Shown here: positions 58,646 through 64,000 of the stretch, in pieces
How the letters are laid out: each line of letters begins with the position of its first letter
Position numbering within the stretch: the first letter of the stretch is position 1
Origin: Bacteroidota bacterium
Lineage (GTDB): Bacteria > Bacteroidota > Bacteroidia > Bacteroidales > VadinHA17
Assembly: GCA_003250475.1 (NCBI GenBank)
Contig: QKGI01000139.1
Span: forward strand, 26,974 to 90,973
DNA: 64,000 nucleotides
Reading direction: 5' to 3'
Translations under genes and position numbers: made by a program
The notes under the pieces: generated by a model
What the model saw: the letters and a program-made list of their open reading frames with translations, nothing else
Told to the model about the DNA's origin: nothing
The model's database searches: none

Positions 58646-59029
58646 TAAAATTTAGGTTTGTCGTTGTTTAAATTGCGGAAAATTATTAAATTTCCCTGTT
58701 TGCATTTAGTATCTCTGTCAGTCTGTGAAAGTCTTTTTCAAGTCCTTTTCACAACACTTTCAATGTGACTGACCAACCGGAGGTTTAATTTTTCTCTTCG
58801 ATTCTACTGCTTCACAGAAATAATTAAAAGAGTTTGACAGGTGGCAATCAAGCCTCCCGGTAAGGTGTCAACGGATGACAGGTAAATGAAGCCGGCATGT
58901 GCAACCGGTTACCTTCCCCTGCGTCCATACACATGTATTTTATCTCCTGTTACCGGTAAATTCACTCATTTTACCGATTTAGCCTTAAATTGCAGGTACA
59001 TTTTGTATAAACTTGCAAAAATCATCAAA

Positions 59030-60013
59030 ATGAACACAATGAAAACAACTCTCGTTCTTGTTTCTTTACTGCTTTCAGGCGTTACGTTAACGGCTCAGAA
59101 CAGTGCTACCCTTAAACTGAATCTTGAGAAGAACAAAGTCTATCTCCTGAAGTCAGTATCAGAACAGACTGTTTCTCAGACGGTAAATGGTGTCCAGCAA
59201 AATGTGGATACCGATGTAGAATATACCTTCTCAATCAAAATGCTGGACAAAACACCTGACTTTCTGGTAACGGAGGTAAGGTTCGATACCCTGGTGACCA
59301 GGACCAATACCATGGGTAAAATGGTAAATATCAATTCAGCAGTTGAAGGTGACATCACATCATCTGAGACAGCTGATATAATGTCATATGTGATGAACAG
59401 GCTTAGCAAGAGTGCACTCTTTGTCAAAATAGACTATGCAGGTCGTCCTCTTGAAATAGTCAATTCAAAGATGGTCTCTGATGTGGCGGTGAAGGATACC
59501 GCATTAATGACACTGACAGGGCCTTTGGCCGCAGCGTTAAAAACCCAGATAGTATCTGCTTTCACCGATGAGACCCTGAAGACAATGATCAGCACCTTTA
59601 CCTGGTGCCTGCCCGGAAAAGAAGTGTCAACAGGAGACGAATGGACGGTGACCCAGAAAGTGAACTCCGGAGGCATGAGCCTTGACATTATAAACAGCTA
59701 CCGCCTGGATGCCATTGACGGCAACCTGGCCAGGATTACATCTGAATCACAGATAAAGGCATCCGAGAACGCTGCCCCTATCCAGTCCGGAGCCGCAACT
59801 ATCACCTATGGTAACCTTCAGGGACTTGGCAAAGCGGATATGGTTATCGACACCAACACGGGTCTTATCAATGAAAACAATGTAAAAACCCGGATTTCAG
59901 GAAATATGGATGTTAGTGGTCCCGGATTCAGCATGCAGATCCCTCTCGATATTAACGGAGAATCCAGGGTAACAGCAGTGTCACCGGTCGTGGGGGAAGA
60001 TACGCAGGAATAG
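59030..60013 (+). CDS. secreted protein of unknown function
   Basis: ATG 59030 gives a clean signal peptide (MNTMKTTLVLVSLLLSGVTLTAQ). The 48-aa upstream extension in the track looks non-coding. Confidence 0.6.
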   Translation: MNTMKTTLVLVSLLLSGVTLTAQNSATLKLNLEKNKVYLLKSVSEQTVSQTVNGVQQNVDTDVEYTFSIKMLDKTPDFLVTEVRFDTLVTRTNTMGKMVNINSAVEGDITSSETADIMSYVMNRLSKSALFVKIDYAGRPLEIVNSKMVSDVAVKDTALMTLTGPLAAALKTQIVSAFTDETLKTMISTFTWCLPGKEVSTGDEWTVTQKVNSGGMSLDIINSYRLDAIDGNLARITSESQIKASENAAPIQSGAATITYGNLQGLGKADMVIDTNTGLINENNVKTRISGNMDVSGPGFSMQIPLDINGESRVTAVSPVVGEDTQE

Positions 60014-60184
60014 ACGGAAATGGGGTGATTGTCCATTTCTGAGAACAAATCATAAATAGTCTGGCTTATCCTGCTCTATCATAAATTATTCTCAATGTAT
60101 ACATAGATTGAAAATATAGTGAAGCAATTAGCAGGGGTATACGGACACTGATTAAGTACTTTATTTTATTGAATTGAAAGAAAA

Positions 60185-62554
60185 ATGAGAAAAATTTTTG
60201 TCTTTCTGCTACTGATTGCTTCAATTGCCGTTCAGGCTCAGAATATTACTGGAAAGGTCTGCTTCGAAACTGACAGATCACCTGTTCAGTTTGCCACGGT
60301 AGCTTTACTTGAACTGCCTGATTCAGCACTTTTAACCGGTGTCATAACCCTTACGGATGGAAGCTACCTTCTTGAAAAGGTAAAACCGGGTGATTATTTC
60401 GTAAGAGTAAGTTACGTAGGCTATAAGCCTGAGGGTAAGCCGGTCACCATTGGTAATGAAGATAGTGAGATAGTTGTCGACACTATACTCCTGACTGAGA
60501 TCACTACGGAAATGGGTGAGATTACTGTTTTTGGTGAGCGTCTTAAAGGGAAGGAGATGGTTGACCGTACCGTTTATGCAATCCCCGAGGTCGTTTCAAA
60601 ATCTTCGAGCAACGGCTACGATATCCTGAAGAAGATCCCGCAGGTCAATGTCGATTTTCAGAATAACATCACTCTTAATGGAAGCAGTAATTTCATCATC
60701 CTCGTTGACGGAAGACAACGTGACAAGGAATATCTTGCCAGGCTGCTACCCACCGATATACAGAACATTGAGATCATCAGTAACCCTTCAGGTAAATATG
60801 AAGGAAACATCGACGGGGTCCTGAGTATCATCCTTAAGAAGGAAGCAAGGTATGGCATGAGCGGCAATATCGGGGTCAGCTTAAAACCTTTCCATAAGGT
60901 TACAAGTGCAGCCACTGGAAGCCTCGATTACTCCATGGGCAAGGTGACATTTTATATTACAGCTCTTTCCATTACCCAGGGCTTGAATATCAGCTCATCG
61001 AATGAAAGACGTTTCGCTTCCATTGACTCAACGACCAGTATGTACGGACCAGGAACAATCCAGGTTGCCGTGCCGTCAGTAAACAGCGGCTTCGATTACT
61101 ATGTTAACGACAGGAACAACCTTAGTTTCAATTTCAGCTACAAACCTATCAGTCAGGCAGTGGATCTTTCGGGCAATACCACCCTTTTCAAGTCTGATAA
61201 CCCTCTGAATACGGTCAGGTCCCTGACATCAAGCAATATGCACAGCGATGAGACCTCTTTCTCGCTGTTTTATAAAAGGACATTCAGTAAGCCTGTCGAG
61301 GAGCTTACCTCGGAGATCAGCTATTACATTTTCAATTCAGCCAGTGAAAATGATTTTACAAACAGAATGTACCCTTATAACTCTGAGGAGTTAACCAGTA
61401 CATATTCCAGGCTGGAAGATGATCTCAACAGGAGAAATTATCTCTCCGGAAAACTGGATTTTGTCTATCCTGTCGGGATGAACGTAAAGATTGAAACAGG
61501 CTACCAGTTTTATTACCAGACCATGGGTTACGACTTCAGGATTGATGATCAGGAGGAAAGCAATCTTTTTGAGTACGCCGAGTTCCGGAACTCGGGTTAT
61601 GCCGGTGTAACCCTTAATCTGAAAAAGTTCGGCTTTCAGACTATGCTGAGGGTTGAAAACAGCCATATCATGGCTGATTCTGTCTCCAGTCCCGATTATT
61701 CCTGTTTCCTGCCCTCAGCCAACTTACAATATAAATTCTCTGCTTCGCATAACTTAAAATTCACATATAACAGGAGGATCAACCGTCCGGGCATATACAA
61801 TATGAATCCCTACTGGAAGATAAACCAGAACTATTCAATCACACAGGGCAATCCCGATCTCAGGCCTGATTACCGTGATCGCCTCCAGCTGACATATACC
61901 TGGAACTTTGGCAGCAACTATTTTTCGCCATACCTGTACAACGAGTTCTTCTCAGATAAGATCGGCAGCCGGTACAGCGTAATTCAATCACCCATTGACG
62001 GTTCACTGACAACGATCTCCAAACCTTATAACCTGATTAACGGCTATGAGACCGGGGGCGGACTCAATGCGATGTTGTGGTACGTAAATATCAACGCAAG
62101 GGTTTACAAGGGCCATTATGCGAAGTATACCGAGCCCTCATTTACAATACCTGCAAGAGACTATTTCTCCTATGCGATAACAGGCTATGCATTCGCAAAC
62201 CTGGATAAGAAAAAGAACTCGACAGTATTTGTTTTCATGAGCTACAACGGGGTTAACATAAATGCGCAGTCAAAGACCTACAGTATGCCTATATACGGCA
62301 TAGGTGCCTCACAGAAGCTGAAGGATCATAATTTCGGGATATTCTGGTTGTTGCCGTTCTCAAAAGAGGTTAATTTCAGTCGCACTGAGACGGAAACACC
62401 TTATTATACATCAACGGATATCACCGGGATTGATCTGGCAGGTTTTGTGCAGTTCCAGTACTCATACAGATTCAATAAAGGAAAGAGTGTCAGGAAACTC
62501 AACCGCAAGGTTGAAGTTGACAGCGACAGCAAGGGAACGGTTATCGGAGGTTAA
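60185..62554 (+). CDS. outer-membrane beta-barrel protein (carboxypeptidase-regulatory-like N-domain, plug-like region, TonB-dependent-receptor-like barrel)
   Basis: Signal peptide, a CarboxypepD_reg-like N-terminus (ITGKV...D...P..FATV...TDG.Y....KPGDY...VSYVGY) and alternating beta-strand patterns to the C-terminus. Confidence 0.75.
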   Translation: MRKIFVFLLLIASIAVQAQNITGKVCFETDRSPVQFATVALLELPDSALLTGVITLTDGSYLLEKVKPGDYFVRVSYVGYKPEGKPVTIGNEDSEIVVDTILLTEITTEMGEITVFGERLKGKEMVDRTVYAIPEVVSKSSSNGYDILKKIPQVNVDFQNNITLNGSSNFIILVDGRQRDKEYLARLLPTDIQNIEIISNPSGKYEGNIDGVLSIILKKEARYGMSGNIGVSLKPFHKVTSAATGSLDYSMGKVTFYITALSITQGLNISSSNERRFASIDSTTSMYGPGTIQVAVPSVNSGFDYYVNDRNNLSFNFSYKPISQAVDLSGNTTLFKSDNPLNTVRSLTSSNMHSDETSFSLFYKRTFSKPVEELTSEISYYIFNSASENDFTNRMYPYNSEELTSTYSRLEDDLNRRNYLSGKLDFVYPVGMNVKIETGYQFYYQTMGYDFRIDDQEESNLFEYAEFRNSGYAGVTLNLKKFGFQTMLRVENSHIMADSVSSPDYSCFLPSANLQYKFSASHNLKFTYNRRINRPGIYNMNPYWKINQNYSITQGNPDLRPDYRDRLQLTYTWNFGSNYFSPYLYNEFFSDKIGSRYSVIQSPIDGSLTTISKPYNLINGYETGGGLNAMLWYVNINARVYKGHYAKYTEPSFTIPARDYFSYAITGYAFANLDKKKNSTVFVFMSYNGVNINAQSKTYSMPIYGIGASQKLKDHNFGIFWLLPFSKEVNFSRTETETPYYTSTDITGIDLAGFVQFQYSYRFNKGKSVRKLNRKVEVDSDSKGTVIGG

Positions 62555-62736
62555 GATACCGGGTGGCTGGCACTTACTTATGCATAGACAGGAGGTGATA
62601 TCCTGTCATGGGAGAGGTGACTGTCAAACTCATGGTGAATGAAAGGCTCAAAACAAAACAGAATCTATATATTTATGGTTCCGGACATCTGTTGACCGGT
62701 TAATGCAATTAAGACTTCAATAAAACGAATTCTTTC

Positions 62737-63096
62737 ATGATCAGATATCATAGCGCCGGTTCTCCGGACAATATAGCCGAGCTGAACAGGGGTAGCGTAA
62801 CTATCTCTACATCGGGTGACATGCTCGACATCCTGGGGGATATAGGTTACCAGGGATGCTCCAGGCTCATCATCCATTCCACGGATCTGAGCCCTCTTTT
62901 TTTCGATCTCAGGTCGGGCATGGCCGGTGAGATCCTGCAAAAGTTCTCGAACTATCGTATGAGGCTGGCTATTGTCGGCGACTTCTCCCATCTCAGCAGC
63001 AAGAGCTGGCAGGATTTTATCCGTGAGAGCAACAGGGGAAAAGCAGTCAGCTTTGTAAACTCGTTCGATGAAGCGATATCTGCTCTGAGTTGTTAG
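62737..63096 (+). CDS. DUF4180 domain protein
   Basis: FFDLRSGMAGEILQKFSNYRMRLAIVGDFS...SKSWQDFIRESNRG matches my memory of the DUF4180 consensus. I preferred it over the antisense 172-aa ORF. Confidence 0.75.
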   Translation: MIRYHSAGSPDNIAELNRGSVTISTSGDMLDILGDIGYQGCSRLIIHSTDLSPLFFDLRSGMAGEILQKFSNYRMRLAIVGDFSHLSSKSWQDFIRESNRGKAVSFVNSFDEAISALSC

Positions 63097-63163
63097 GGAT
63101 GCGGGAACGATATACCTGCACTCTGTATATCTTTTATTGACAGTTACTTGCAAAGGAATAATA

Positions 63164-63850
63164 ATGGAGGGAAAGACGCTCAATATCGCTGAAAAATTTC
63201 TGGTCGTTGCTCATCATCCTGAGAAGGGACGGTTCCTTATATCTCACCTTTACATAAAGTATGGCCTTGCCGGCGCCATCCTGCTGGACATGACTCTTGA
63301 AGACAGGATAAGTCTGGAGGACAGGCGGCTGATGCTGAAGACAGGCAGGACAACGACTGATCCCGTCAGGGAGGAGGTCACTCTGCTGATGTCACAGGCT
63401 GGAAAGCCACGCAGGGCAGATTATTGGGTAAGAAGGCTTGCCGGCCGCTACAACAGGTATCTGAAACAGATACTGAAGGGGCTTGAAGAGAAAAGAGTTG
63501 TGCGTATTGAGGAGCGGAAGTTCCTTGGGCTTATCCCCTACCGTGCTGTATTTCTGGTCGGGAGTTATACACGGAGTAACATCATCGGTAAGCTGAAGAA
63601 TGATATTCTTGTTTACAGGGCTTCAGCAGGCGACAATATGGCACTGGCCGGTCTTGTTGAAGCCTGCAGGATGCACCGGCTGCTTACTACAGACCGTGAT
63701 GAGCTGAGGATGGTCAGGTCACAGGTAAAAAAGATAATTAAGGAGAGTCCGGTATCAGATGTAGTAGCCCATACGATCAGGCAGGTACAGATCGCGATTA
63801 TAACCAGTGTCACTGCTGCTACTGTTGCTGCCACAGCCGGCAAGCACTGA
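63164..63850 (+). CDS. GPP34 (GOLPH3/VPS74-like) family protein with hydrophobic C-terminal tail
   Basis: LNIAEKFLVVAHHPEKGRF...YGLAGAILLDMTLEDRISLEDRRL is typical of bacterial GPP34-family proteins. I prefer ATG 63164. Confidence 0.7.
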   Translation: MEGKTLNIAEKFLVVAHHPEKGRFLISHLYIKYGLAGAILLDMTLEDRISLEDRRLMLKTGRTTTDPVREEVTLLMSQAGKPRRADYWVRRLAGRYNRYLKQILKGLEEKRVVRIEERKFLGLIPYRAVFLVGSYTRSNIIGKLKNDILVYRASAGDNMALAGLVEACRMHRLLTTDRDELRMVRSQVKKIIKESPVSDVVAHTIRQVQIAIITSVTAATVAATAGKH

Positions 63851-63879
63851 GACCTATGTAACTCATCGTACAGGCAGGT

Positions 63880-64000
63880 ATGAAAACGACCAACGATGCT
63901 GAATCGATGCGGGGAAGCTCCTCGGAGGGTATGCGTGACAGCGATTCCGAAAGCCTCAGGGACGGAAGCTCGGACACGCAAAGGGAGAGTGATTCTGATG
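63880..64000 (+). CDS. possible start of a Ser/Asp-rich low-complexity protein (runs off the right edge)
   Basis: ATG 63880 opens a frame reading MKTTNDAESMRGSSSEGMRDSDSESLRDGSSDTQRESDSD... to the window end. Only 40 codons are visible. Confidence 0.3.
   Translation, partial: MKTTNDAESMRGSSSEGMRDSDSESLRDGSSDTQRESDSD

Noticed and set aside
58886-59029. N-terminal extension of the secreted protein ORF; similar long extensions occur at 40060, 48518, 22043 and 31881
   Set aside because: The extensions start at non-ATG codons or overlap neighbouring genes, and they lack signal or domain features. Internal ATGs give canonical N-termini or signal peptides.
62665-63183. 172-aa minus-strand ORF competing with the DUF4180 gene
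   Set aside because: The plus-strand frame matches the DUF4180 consensus almost end to end. The minus-strand translation has no recognisable features.
63613-63981. 122-aa minus-strand ORF at the right edge
   Set aside because: It is antisense to the GPP34 C-terminus and the following spacer, with no family resemblance. The region remains uncertain because only 150 nt are visible after GPP34.

Overview
The window reads as a chromosomal segment of a Bacteroidota (Bacteroidia-like) genome of about 50% GC. The taxon call rests on gene content and on TAnnTTTG -7 boxes; I had no search tools. It is almost entirely core metabolism. Features in order: partial carboxynorspermidine synthase, corA, a divergent cell-wall amino-sugar salvage locus (murU, an amgK-like kinase fused to a RapZ C-terminal-like domain, a DUF5009 membrane acetyltransferase-like protein, and a GH3/serine-hydrolase fusion), two tandem tRNA-Leu genes, lysC-lysA, an SSS symporter, thrS-infC-rpmI-rplT, lepB-dapB-MFS, trmD, rocD, an ECF sigma/anti-sigma/DUF4097 module, a secreted asparaginase fusion, mutS2, M28 and PtrB peptidases, a tex-rlmI-exonuclease-DUF5063-recQ block, guaB, SurA-like and OstA-like genes, recG, rseC-rnfBCDGEA, an outer-membrane barrel, DUF4180 and GPP34. 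I found no CRISPR array, transposase, integrase, prophage or recognisable defence system. The observations most worth a second look are: the kinase-RapZ_C fusion and its locus; a split WRN-like RecQ/DUF5063/WRN-type exonuclease block; a family of 7-8 nt GAC-phased repeats (a 14-unit array just upstream of the rnf operon, a degenerate copy in a structured ~270-nt lysA 3' region, and a possible third locus at a tRNA leader); a perfect 24-bp in-frame duplication in corA; and a non-canonical infC start. All protein calls come from reading the supplied translations against remembered family motifs and are not database-verified.
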